Positions 9,188 through 17,009 of a stretch of 64,000 nucleotides of DNA are shown piece by piece; the stretch's first letter is position 1, and the number at the start of each line of letters is the position of its first letter. A program made the translations under genes and the position numbers. This DNA is from a virus. A model generated the notes under the pieces. The model saw only the letters and a program-made list of their open reading frames with translations, was not told the origin of the DNA and searched no databases. Where the stretch lies: positions 121,266-185,265 of the IMG/VR virus record IMGVR_UViG_3300045960_000114, one strand, 5' to 3'.

Positions 9188-9631
9188 GTGTTTGAGATCG
9201 ATGATTCGGACGAAGGCGTTGCGCGCCGGTGTCATTTCGGGTTGGACGGCAAGACGAACGACGTGGTGCTCACGAAGCCGCTTCCCGACCTTCTGACGGA
9301 TGAGGAGACGTTGCGGTTCTGCATCGCGAAGTGGGAAGTGATCGCGATGTTGGCTGACGAAGGCCACCGCATCGAGTCGGATGGTGCCCACAACACGTGC
9401 GCGCTGTGTCGGTTCTACTTCGACCCCAGCCGCATGATATGCACGAACGCAGCTGGCAAGCGCTGTCCTGTGGCGATGGCTACAGGTGCTGATATGTGTC
9501 GGGACACGCCGTACCAGGCGTTCATTCGGGCGGACAAGGGTGACGACTACGACCGGCAGGTGGCGGCTGAGCGGGAAGTGGCTTTCCTGCGCGGGCTGCT
9601 GGAAGTCGCGATCGAGAAAGAGAACTGCTAG
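9188..9631 (+). CDS. Cys-rich hypothetical protein
   Basis: GTG start after GGAGG; CALC...C...CP...C. Confidence 0.65.
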   Translation: MFEIDDSDEGVARRCHFGLDGKTNDVVLTKPLPDLLTDEETLRFCIAKWEVIAMLADEGHRIESDGAHNTCALCRFYFDPSRMICTNAAGKRCPVAMATGADMCRDTPYQAFIRADKGDDYDRQVAAEREVAFLRGLLEVAIEKENC

Positions 9632-9659
9632 GAGCAGGCGCGAGCCTGTTCGGGCTGGG

Positions 9660-9702
9660 GGGCTGTGGGTATTTCAACCGTTATACCCACAGCCCTTTTT
9701 TT
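9660..9702 (+). terminator. Rho-independent terminator
   Basis: GGGCTGTGGGTAT / ATACCCACAGCCC 13-bp stem followed by T7. Confidence 0.85.
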
Positions 9703-9717
9703 GCTTACAAGGAGAAC

Positions 9718-10308
9718 GTGATGATCACGCAGATGGTTGTTCTGAAGTGGCGGCACGCGCTGGATCATACGCCGCGCTTCACCGTGGTTGGACCGGGCAC
9801 GACGCTGATGGTCAAGGACAAGGTCTTGTGGGTTAACGACTCGCCGACATGCAATGGCTTCTCCACAGCTGACGAGGCGAATGCGTTCGCTTCCTCCTTG
9901 TTGAACAGCATCAACAAGTGTTCGGGCAGCAACGCCGTGTTTGACTTGGACAAGCTGTCGTATGTGACCACCTATGAGGCCAAGAACAACGAGTTGGATG
10001 CGCGGGTGGCGGAGTTGACACGTCGGGCGCTCGGATATGACCAGTCGATTGCCGATCGTAAAGCGCGCCTGGAGCAGCTGGAGAAGCAGCACACTGAGAT
10101 GTGGTTGAAGTTTTCTGATGCGGAGGGCAAGAACGCCGAGTTGAGCAAGAAGTTGGAGGAGTCGGAAATCCGTATCACAGCGAAGAGGCAGAGGATGCGT
10201 GAGTTGGACGACGAAGCGCAGATCATACAACAGCGGATCAAGGCAACAGAGACCTGGATCAAACGGAATCGGGTGACGCTGAAGCGCCTGAAAGGGAAGC
10301 GTAAGTGA
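9718..10308 (+). CDS. Coiled-coil hypothetical protein
   Basis: Long heptad-rich C-terminal half; AAGGAG RBS. Confidence 0.7.
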   Translation: MMITQMVVLKWRHALDHTPRFTVVGPGTTLMVKDKVLWVNDSPTCNGFSTADEANAFASSLLNSINKCSGSNAVFDLDKLSYVTTYEAKNNELDARVAELTRRALGYDQSIADRKARLEQLEKQHTEMWLKFSDAEGKNAELSKKLEESEIRITAKRQRMRELDDEAQIIQQRIKATETWIKRNRVTLKRLKGKRK

Positions 10309-10802
10309 AGTGTAAACTGTGCGAGACCAAGGAAGCCTACAAGGGCACGGAACTGTGCTACCCGTGCTCTGAGTTGCGCAATGCGATTGCCGCCGATCCG
10401 GGGCTGGCTGCGAAGATCCTGCGTAGCCTGTCCCCACCGGTAGCGGACAAGGCCAAATCGGAAGGGTGGCATGGCGTCGACCTGGACGGGACGCTGGCGC
10501 ACTACGACGGCTGGAAGGGCATTGATCACGTCGGCGAGCCGATTCCACGGATGGCGGAACGCGTGTGCCAGTGGCTGCTCCGCGACGAGCAGGTGCGCAT
10601 CTTCACGGCGCGCGTCTGTCCCAATCAGGATGGGCGTGTGCTCGAGGTGGTGCGGTACTGGATCGACAAGTGGTGCCTGGAGCACTTTGGGCGGACGCTG
10701 CCGGTCACGAACGAGAAGGACTTCGGGATGATTGACCTTTGGGATGATAGGTGTGTCCAGGTCATCCCCAACACAGGAATCAGAGCGGATGGAAAGGAGT
10801 AA
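10305..10802 (+). CDS. HAD-superfamily phosphatase (phage PNKP-phosphatase-like) with N-terminal Zn finger
   Basis: GVDLDGTLA (DxDGT motif I), IFTAR (motif II), NEKD and WDDR (motifs III/IV); N-terminal CKLC...CYPC. Confidence 0.8.
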   Translation: MKCKLCETKEAYKGTELCYPCSELRNAIAADPGLAAKILRSLSPPVADKAKSEGWHGVDLDGTLAHYDGWKGIDHVGEPIPRMAERVCQWLLRDEQVRIFTARVCPNQDGRVLEVVRYWIDKWCLEHFGRTLPVTNEKDFGMIDLWDDRCVQVIPNTGIRADGKE

Positions 10803-10882
10803 CCATAATCAGTCGGACGGATCCGACAGACGAGAAGAAAGTGCTTGATCCGGAGTTCTCATTCAGGGAACAGGAGAGAAAC

Positions 10883-11173
10883 GTGCGTAACGCTTTTTGT
10901 GTCGGTACTTTGTTGGTGTTGTTGTCTTTGTCCGCATGTAGCGCTGGTGGGCAAAGAGGAAACAGTCCTGCTTTCAAGGCGGGGTACATAGATGGTTTCA
11001 GTGTGGGTGAGTCAGCGCGGGGTACGTTGTTGATTTCGCGGGAGGCCAAGCAGCGCGTAGCGGAGCTCGATCTTTACCGCAATCTACGCATGTTGGGTGC
11101 CGAGTCGGAGCAGGTCCGGCAGGAGTACACTTCGGGATTCTGGGCTGGATATGCGGCTGGTGAGGGAGGGTAG
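10883..11173 (+). CDS. Putative lipoprotein
   Basis: GTG start after CAGGAG; MRNAFCVGTLLVLLSLSAC with lipobox LSAC. Confidence 0.6.
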   Translation: MRNAFCVGTLLVLLSLSACSAGGQRGNSPAFKAGYIDGFSVGESARGTLLISREAKQRVAELDLYRNLRMLGAESEQVRQEYTSGFWAGYAAGEGG

Positions 11174-11177
11174 GCTG

Positions 11178-11702
11178 ATGGAGGCGAATGTGAAACTGTC
11201 GCAGGCGCAGGTCGACAAGCGTAAGAAGCCTATCATCAGGGCGAAGCTGACGCCCATGGGCAAGGCGCAGGTGAAGTTCCTGCAGGTGCGTGATGCCGGC
11301 ATGAAGGCGACGGAGTGGACACCGTCGTGGCAGCTCAGGGGCCGGCTGCTCGACATTGGTGGTCGGTTCGTGATCCTGCCGGTATGTGAGCCTGATGCGG
11401 GGAAGATCATTGCCAGGGGTGAGCTGATCTATGGCAGGCCGATCATGAAGCGCGGCGAGCCCTGTCGCTGTCATGCGAATGCGGCGCATCTGTGGGATGA
11501 GCGCGCGGTCTTAAAGGGAGGGGACCTGGAGTTGATGACCGGCTACGGACTGAGCCGGGATGGCATCTGGCGCCAGCACAGCTGGTGTTGGTGGCCGCGC
11601 AAGAAGAAGGTGGTGGAGACGACGGAAGCACGTATCGCCTATTACGGATTCCGGCTGTCGGAGCCCGAGGCGGAGGTGTTCCTGGACAACAATTTTCTGT
11701 AG
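11178..11702 (+). CDS. Putative transglutaminase/papain-fold Cys-His protein
   Basis: PCRCHANAAHLW...WRQHSWCW...VVETT gives a Cys-His-acid triad order. Confidence 0.45.
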   Translation: MEANVKLSQAQVDKRKKPIIRAKLTPMGKAQVKFLQVRDAGMKATEWTPSWQLRGRLLDIGGRFVILPVCEPDAGKIIARGELIYGRPIMKRGEPCRCHANAAHLWDERAVLKGGDLELMTGYGLSRDGIWRQHSWCWWPRKKKVVETTEARIAYYGFRLSEPEAEVFLDNNFL

Positions 11703-11711
11703 GAGGATGAG

Positions 11712-11924
11712 ATGGGTTGCCCGAAGAAAGTCTACATCATCGTGACTGATGACAACCATGAGTTGCAGCATGACGTTACCTACACCACGCTGGAGGAGGC
11801 GAAGGCTGCCATCATGGAGTGTGTCGAGAACGGTGAGTACGAGATCAACGACGTTGAGATTTGGGCTGCTACGCCTTGTCTCAAACCGAAGAAGCTCGAG
11901 ACGGTCTGGGAGGAGATAACATGA
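11712..11924 (+). CDS. Hypothetical acidic protein
   Basis: AGGAGG RBS, 70 aa. Confidence 0.65.
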   Translation: MGCPKKVYIIVTDDNHELQHDVTYTTLEEAKAAIMECVENGEYEINDVEIWAATPCLKPKKLETVWEEIT

Positions 11925-12349
11925 GGCCGCTGCTTATAACGGCGGACTTGCTGCGGAGGATGCGTGCGTGTTATCCGTCGATCGAGAAGTTCGAACAGCT
12001 CTGGCCGGATGGGTGTCCGCTTACGGTGGAGAATGTCAGGCGCGCGTACACGCAGCAGTCTCTTCCGCCTGACTGGTTTTGTCGGCATTATGTGCAGCGT
12101 GATCCGGTGGTCATGCGCTGGTATTGCAATCGGCTGGATATTGCCTGGAACAAGCGTGGCGTGGCGTTGAATCGGTCGTGGTTGTACACATACAAACTGT
12201 GTGTGGACACCAGGAACAAGCTTGCTGCGCAGGTGGCGCAGGCCAGGCATGACCGGCTGACTGAGGAGTTGAATCACGCCTATGACGAGGCGCATATCCG
12301 GGCGGTTGTCATGGCTGTCAACAGGTTCAGAAGGAGGAACGGAGAGTGA
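11921..12349 (+). CDS. Hypothetical protein
   Basis: ATG overlapping the previous stop; GGAGGAG RBS. Confidence 0.65.
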   Translation: MRPLLITADLLRRMRACYPSIEKFEQLWPDGCPLTVENVRRAYTQQSLPPDWFCRHYVQRDPVVMRWYCNRLDIAWNKRGVALNRSWLYTYKLCVDTRNKLAAQVAQARHDRLTEELNHAYDEAHIRAVVMAVNRFRRRNGE

Positions 12350-12690
12350 ACGCAGAGGTGTTAGCGGACTACAAGATGGAGCCGGACGGATACTTCACGG
12401 TATCGCGAACGCTCAGTCTGCCCTTTACGCCGGTGGTGGGGATGTGTCTGGAGTGGGGCGAGGATTTGTTTACCATTCAGAGTGTGACATGGGACGCGAT
12501 TGGTGACAAGTTCATGTTGGAAGGCATTTTGGAGTACACGCCCTGCAAGTACGAAGAGGCGATGGACACGATTGAGGGGCTGTGGGAGGACGGCTGGAAG
12601 TTTGAGATTGCCACCAGTGAGTTCTTTGAATCCAAGCATGCGGACAAGGCGGAGCTGGAGCGGTTCATGAAGACTTGTCCTGCGGGATAG
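12346..12690 (+). CDS. Hypothetical protein (similar to 18046-18342)
   Basis: LSLPFTPVVG...FTIQSVTWD resembles LEIPITPFPG...FFVKSVDY of 18046-18342. Confidence 0.65.
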   Translation: MNAEVLADYKMEPDGYFTVSRTLSLPFTPVVGMCLEWGEDLFTIQSVTWDAIGDKFMLEGILEYTPCKYEEAMDTIEGLWEDGWKFEIATSEFFESKHADKAELERFMKTCPAG

Positions 12691-12716
12691 TGCATTCAGA
12701 TAGGGAGGACTGCGGG

Positions 12717-12902
12717 ATGAGGCGTCTGAAGAGTGTCGAGACGGACCAGTACAGTCTCGAGGTGATCGAGTGTGACTGTGGGTATCACATGGGGATAGAC
12801 TCCAGTTTCCTGGATCAGGTGGGTGATTTTGAGACCACATGTCCTTCGTGTGAGAGGGCTATCCGGACGGAGGATATTGTTCCGGAGGACATTGACGGAT
12901 AG
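12717..12902 (+). CDS. Zinc-ribbon protein
   Basis: CDCG...CPSC; GGGAGG RBS. Confidence 0.65.
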   Translation: MRRLKSVETDQYSLEVIECDCGYHMGIDSSFLDQVGDFETTCPSCERAIRTEDIVPEDIDG

Positions 12903-12908
12903 CTAAGG

Positions 12909-12930
12909 AAAAGGCGTAGTGCCTTTTCTT
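12909..12930 (+). terminator. Rho-independent terminator
   Basis: AAAAGGC-GTAGT-GCCTTTT followed by CTT. Confidence 0.6.
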
Positions 12931-13019
12931 TGTGCCCCCTGCGGCGTAAACGGCCTGGCCTGATCAACCAGGACATCCAGGATGATCTCCTGGTTAGCGC
13001 TGTTGGGGGTATCAGTTTT

Positions 13020-13173
13020 GCCGCGATAGCTCAGAGCGAGCCCGTACCCTGCAAGTACGGTGTGTAGCCGGCGCGCATGCGACCGGTGAAAGTCTGGATC
13101 CGACTGGGAGAGTCACGTGCTCCCTGCCAGTTGGCCGAGCCAGGCGAAGGGGGTGCGACTCCCTCGCGCGGCA
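13020..13173 (+). ncRNA. tRNA-like RNA with an ~89-nt structured insertion in the variable region (anticodon position TGC)
   Basis: Acceptor GCCGCGA/GCGCGGC (6 of 7 pairs), TAGCTC, D stem GCTC/GAGC, anticodon arm CCGTAC-CCTGCAA-GTACGG, T arm GGGGG-TGCGACT-CCCTC. Confidence 0.6.
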
Positions 13174-13209
13174 CTTCAAAGCAACTTCAATTACCTTGGA
13201 GGATGAAGC

Positions 13210-13473
13210 ATGGCAGAAATCATCGCTACGTATTCCCCGTGCTGCGGGATCTTTCACACAGGAGACGCAGAGCAGGGAATCATGCACTGCGCACTGCCGC
13301 ATGAGCGGCAAGTCATAAAACTGGTGGATGAGAAGGAGCTAGGGATACTTGCGATACTTGAAGAAGAGAATCGCAGGCTGAAGCAGATGAACAAGCGTTT
13401 TGAAATAGCGCTTCGCGGCCTTGGCTACACGTCGGATAGCTCGATTTTCATTCAGGTGACTAGGCTTGCGTGA
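13210..13473 (+). CDS. Hypothetical protein
   Basis: GGAGG RBS. Confidence 0.6.
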   Translation: MAEIIATYSPCCGIFHTGDAEQGIMHCALPHERQVIKLVDEKELGILAILEEENRRLKQMNKRFEIALRGLGYTSDSSIFIQVTRLA

Positions 13474-13545
13474 GTGTAAGGCAATAGGAGGATTCTGCTG
13501 TGAGTGCAGCAGAGGCACAAACAGGATTATCTTGGAGGTAGCCCG

Positions 13546-13716
13546 ATGGACCCAGTATGCGTACGACACCGAGACGGATGGTGTGCTACTCGGTTAAAGA
13601 AAGCCAGATACCGCGACTCAATTAGGACGTTGTGTAATCATTATGTGGTACTTCCGCTTGGAGTTGAGCGTAGGCAACCGACCTGTGCTTGGTGCCTGGC
13701 GCTAAAGGCAAAGTGA
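13546..13716 (+). CDS. Small Cys-rich protein
   Basis: GGAGGT RBS; C...C...C...CAWC. Confidence 0.55.
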   Translation: MDPVCVRHRDGWCATRLKKARYRDSIRTLCNHYVVLPLGVERRQPTCAWCLALKAK

Positions 13717-13769
13717 GGAGCCCCAGCGGGTTCCTTGAACAGATCCAATTACCTTGAGAGGAAACGACC

Positions 13770-14033
13770 ATGCCAGAGATAAAAGATACGCACACCGTCT
13801 ACGGGCCAAGTCCAAAGTACGAAGTCAAGAGTAGTAAGGTCGTCACTTACAAGATTCGACCATGCCCGTTCTGTCACAAAGCTCCGAAGGAAATTATGCA
13901 TATGACCACAGGGGCGATCCTCAAGGACGGATCGATAGAAGAGTCGCGTGCCGTGACGTGCCAGTGCGGAATTTACGGACCAATTCGTGATAGCGCGGCC
14001 AGTGCCGTCGCTGCGTGGAACGGGATCGAGTGA
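13770..14033 (+). CDS. Lar-like restriction-alleviation zinc-ribbon protein
   Basis: IRPCPFC...VTCQCGIYGP...AVAAWN matches the Lar_restr_allev pattern. Confidence 0.65.
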   Translation: MPEIKDTHTVYGPSPKYEVKSSKVVTYKIRPCPFCHKAPKEIMHMTTGAILKDGSIEESRAVTCQCGIYGPIRDSAASAVAAWNGIE

Positions 14034-14225
14034 AGGCAAAACGAGGAGTTGGCGCGGTGTCGTAGTGTCGGCGGCCCGTGATTAAAGTGGCTTGCCGTTG
14101 AGCGTGCATCGACTTTGGCCGAGGTCTGGACGCATCTCGGCACGCGCCAAAGTAAAGGCAAATCTAGCAACTGTCCGGGGATGCCGGAGAGTTGAACAGG
14201 CCGAAGACTTTTTACAGGAGGAACG

Positions 14226-14465
14226 ATGAAGAACTGGCGTGGGCCGTTGATTAAGCTGACAAACGTACACAATCGTCCAGTTAGCCCAGTATACGTTCGT
14301 GCGTTTGACGTGAGGGAGATCTGGGCACGGATGGGTTCTGGCAATTCACGCTTGCTGCTCCGGTCTTCGAGGGAGAATCTTCTGGACGTTGCGGAGATGC
14401 CGGAGGAGGTGGCGGAGCTGATTGCTGCTGCTGAAGCCAGGTACATCATTCGATCGGGGGGCTGA
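14226..14465 (+). CDS. Hypothetical protein
   Basis: AGGAGG RBS. Confidence 0.6.
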   Translation: MKNWRGPLIKLTNVHNRPVSPVYVRAFDVREIWARMGSGNSRLLLRSSRENLLDVAEMPEEVAELIAAAEARYIIRSGG

Positions 14466-14467
14466 CG

Positions 14468-14698
14468 ATGGACACTGGCGAGATGTGGCGTGGTGTTCAG
14501 CGGGCTGCGGACCAGAAGGAGATTGATGCGTTGGCATGTGAGCTTGCCCGGCTGGCTGGGCGTAACGAGCGTCTTGAGGTTGTGATTCACGGGATACGGC
14601 GCATGGCGGAGAGCGGGTGTTCCTTGAAGGACATCATTGATGCTTGTGAGGCGGAGCTGCCTGAGTCGTTGCCGGGGGAGTTGGGGGGACTACCTTAA
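14468..14698 (+). CDS. Hypothetical protein
   Basis: Coupled to the upstream ORF; followed by a terminator. Confidence 0.6.
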   Translation: MDTGEMWRGVQRAADQKEIDALACELARLAGRNERLEVVIHGIRRMAESGCSLKDIIDACEAELPESLPGELGGLP

Positions 14699-14724
14699 AG
14701 CGCCCTTTGCGGGGCGCTTTTTTT
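14697..14724 (+). terminator. Rho-independent terminator
   Basis: AAAGCGCCC / GGGCGCTTT stem plus T-tract. Confidence 0.85.
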
Positions 14725-14745
14725 AGCTATCAGGCAGGTGGTGTA

Positions 14746-14772
14746 AAATACCCCCCAGTATGCGTTAGCATA
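14746..14772 (+). promoter_or_regulatory. Candidate phage promoter motif AAATA-N10-TGCGTTAGCATA
   Basis: Same motif and spacing at 15578-15604; related CGTTAGAATA at 32879 and 45126; all intergenic. Confidence 0.45.
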
Positions 14773-14826
14773 TATTAAGGAGCGTTCCGTTAATCCCCCA
14801 TAACCCTTTTCTACGGAGAGAGTTGC

Positions 14827-15159
14827 ATGAGTCAGTTCCCAAAGAACCAGCATGACCGGGACGCGTTGTTGAATCCTGGTGAGCTGAAGAGATGGGTGGC
14901 CGACATAGTAGACAACAAGTTCGCTGTGTGCCATGTCTGTCTGCGCGCTTGGCGGCGTGTGGATGGTAAACGGTATTTCGAGACGTCGCCGCAGATCTTC
15001 AAGCATCACAGGTCGGTCTCAGCGATGCATACGGTTATATGCCCGGAGTGTGCCGCGAGCGAGGAAGACAGATGGAAGCGGCAGTGTGTTAGTGCGAGGG
15101 TAAACCGTAAGTCGCGCATAGCCATGGTGAAGATCCTAAAGTCGGAGAGGGATTTGTAG
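14827..15159 (+). CDS. Zinc-ribbon protein
   Basis: CHVC...CPEC. Confidence 0.65.
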   Translation: MSQFPKNQHDRDALLNPGELKRWVADIVDNKFAVCHVCLRAWRRVDGKRYFETSPQIFKHHRSVSAMHTVICPECAASEEDRWKRQCVSARVNRKSRIAMVKILKSERDL

Positions 15160-15419
15160 TGAGAAAGGAGGAGCAAGTGGGACACGAAGTCATCTGCCCG
15201 ATCTGTCATAGGGTTTGGGTGTGGCAAGGCGATGATGCGCTGTATAACGTGGCTGGGTACATGGTAGTTGTGTATGGAAAGCCCACCAAGTTGGACAGAT
15301 GTACTTGCCCTACGTGCAGCCATATACCAGCTCCCAGGCATATCCCACCTAATGGGCCAGGTAATGTGCCCGAGGTAAACCCCTGGCAGGAGAATGCCAT
15401 CAGGGCACTAGAGGGATAG
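15159..15419 (+). CDS. Zinc-ribbon protein
   Basis: CPIC...CTCPTC. Confidence 0.6.
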   Translation: MRKEEQVGHEVICPICHRVWVWQGDDALYNVAGYMVVVYGKPTKLDRCTCPTCSHIPAPRHIPPNGPGNVPEVNPWQENAIRALEG

Positions 15420-15526
15420 GTTGAGAGCCCACCCAAAGCCGTTCCCTGCCACGAATATTGCCCGCTGCGAGTAGGATGCATCTATACGCAAGCTGGTAGC
15501 TGCACTAGCTTTACATGGTGCAGTGA

Positions 15527-15551
15527 GATTCTGACGTAACCTAACAGAATC
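15527..15551. promoter_or_regulatory. 25-bp palindromic site GATTCTG-N11-CAGAATC (copy 1 of 4)
   Basis: GATTCTGACGTAACCTAACAGAATC; arms extend to TGAGATTCTG/CAGAATCTCA. Confidence 0.55.
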
Positions 15552-15577
15552 TCAGCCGTACGGGTTAACCCCTTATT

Positions 15578-15604
15578 AAATAGGGGGTTACCTGCGTTAG
15601 CATA
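15578..15604 (+). promoter_or_regulatory. Candidate phage promoter motif AAATA-N10-TGCGTTAGCATA
   Basis: Second copy; sits in an AT/GC hairpin-rich intergenic region upstream of 15716. Confidence 0.45.
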
Positions 15605-15715
15605 CCATGGCCGAGAGTTGTGCTTGTCCAGAGGGTAACCCGGGGGCTTGATGCGATACGTCAGGACCGGGCTGTGCCTGAGGCTTGCGCGACTCTCACT
15701 CGCGAGGAGAAACAC

Positions 15716-16054
15716 ATGAGTTGGATGACCTACGGACTGATCGGCGCTGCGGCACTGGTGGGCGGGTTGGGCATCTACGCCTGCTGCAAGCGCAAGAAGG
15801 GCGGCTCGAGCAAGGTCAGCGGCAGGCGCCACACGTCGGAGCCCAAGTTCAAAGCGTCCAAGGACAAACGCTTTGACAAGCACCGCCGCTTGGCGTTGGC
15901 CGCGCTGAAGCAGGCGAACAGCTTGCAGAAGAAGTTGGCGATGGCCATCGCCAAGAACGACAAGTCCTTGGCGAAGAAGGTCACGAAGCGCCTCGAGGCG
16001 CTGAAGACCCAGATGGAGCGTCTGCACCTGAAAGGGGCAGCTGTGGCGGCCTGA
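15716..16054 (+). CDS. Highly basic protein with N-terminal membrane anchor
   Basis: MSWMTYGLIGAAALVGGLGIYACC followed by a Lys/Arg/Ala-rich helical tail; GAGGAG RBS. Confidence 0.7.
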   Translation: MSWMTYGLIGAAALVGGLGIYACCKRKKGGSSKVSGRRHTSEPKFKASKDKRFDKHRRLALAALKQANSLQKKLAMAIAKNDKSLAKKVTKRLEALKTQMERLHLKGAAVAA

Positions 16055-16092
16055 ACCGCCCTGCCGCCGGCTCCTCCGGGAGCTGGTGGCGG

Positions 16093-16128
16093 AAGAAACG
16101 CGCGCGATCATCGCGGGCGTTTTCTTTT
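16093..16128. terminator. Bidirectional terminator between convergent genes
   Basis: AAGAAACGC-GCGCGA-TCA-TCGCGG-GCGTTTTCTT with A- and T-tracts on either side. Confidence 0.65.
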
Positions 16129-16136
16129 GATATGGC

Positions 16137-17009
16137 TTAAAGGAGTCGCTTGACTACGGCTGCTCCGGTGGCGGAAGAGCCGTTCAGCGGGATATGGCGT
16201 ACAGGCTTCTCGAACTGCATGGGCCGGCAATCCATCGGGAAGTGGCCGCCGGTGTCGCCCCAGTGGATATAAACGGCTGCCGTGGGGATGTTGAGGATAG
16301 GTGCCCACAGCGTAGTGCCGGTCTCACCCCCGACGTGCACAGCGGCCATGCTGATCAGGGCCAGGCTGTCCATCGGGTCCAGATCCTCATTCCAAAGGGG
16401 ATAACAGTTTTTGGGCGTCCGCATCTTCGCCGCCGAGTCCTTGGTGCCGATCAGCACGACTGGGCAGATTTTGCCGATCTCCTCACACAGCTCAGCCCAC
16501 CAGCCGGGCGGTGCGTTGCGGTGTTGATTGTAGGCAGCGTCGTAGAGTGGTTGGATGGTAATGAAGCCGCTGTACAGCTTGTGCTTATCCAGCAGGGCGC
16601 GAACCTTCGTGCAGTTCTCCGGTTTGGGCTGGATGCTCGGCCTGCAGATCTTGTTCTTCCGTAGCCAGAGCCAGATCCGCCACATGTTCGTGTGGTACAT
16701 GACGTAGGCGGCGGGCTTGGGGATTTCCTCTGTGGAGGACTCGGCGATCCACAGTTCATCGGCGATGCCCCGGAACATCCATTCGATGTCCAGGTGCTTG
16801 GCCCAGCTCACTTCTTCGCGGTTTGGGTCATCGACGACGATGATGTGGTCGTGGGGATTGCGTGTGCGCCAGTCCAGCAGCCAGACGTAGGCTGCCGCCC
16901 GGTCGCCCATGCGGAATGCCCCGCCGTGCAGCTTGGGCTTATGGCGCCCAGAGAGGTCCATGAATGCCCGGCGCCCGTGGTGCTCTGACAGCAGTAGCTT
17001 CTTCATCAT
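16137..17009 (-). CDS. GT9-like (heptosyltransferase-family, GT-B) glycosyltransferase
   Basis: N-terminal FRMGD; C-terminal VVLIG...DSLALISMAAVHVGGETGTTLWAPILNIPTAAVY resembles the WaaC/WaaF donor-binding domain. Confidence 0.7.
   Translation of the reverse strand: MMKKLLLSEHHGRRAFMDLSGRHKPKLHGGAFRMGDRAAAYVWLLDWRTRNPHDHIIVVDDPNREEVSWAKHLDIEWMFRGIADELWIAESSTEEIPKPAAYVMYHTNMWRIWLWLRKNKICRPSIQPKPENCTKVRALLDKHKLYSGFITIQPLYDAAYNQHRNAPPGWWAELCEEIGKICPVVLIGTKDSAAKMRTPKNCYPLWNEDLDPMDSLALISMAAVHVGGETGTTLWAPILNIPTAAVYIHWGDTGGHFPMDCRPMQFEKPVRHIPLNGSSATGAAVVKRLL

Noticed and set aside
10305-10802. HAD phosphatase as GmhB of the heptose pathway
   Set aside because: The motif is DLDGTL in a PNKP-phosphatase-like context, not GmhB DRDGT with its Zn-binding CxH motif.
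13020-13173. tmRNA interpretation of the tRNA-like element
   Set aside because: It is too short, has a real D stem and anticodon arm, lacks G3.U70, and has no tag reading frame.
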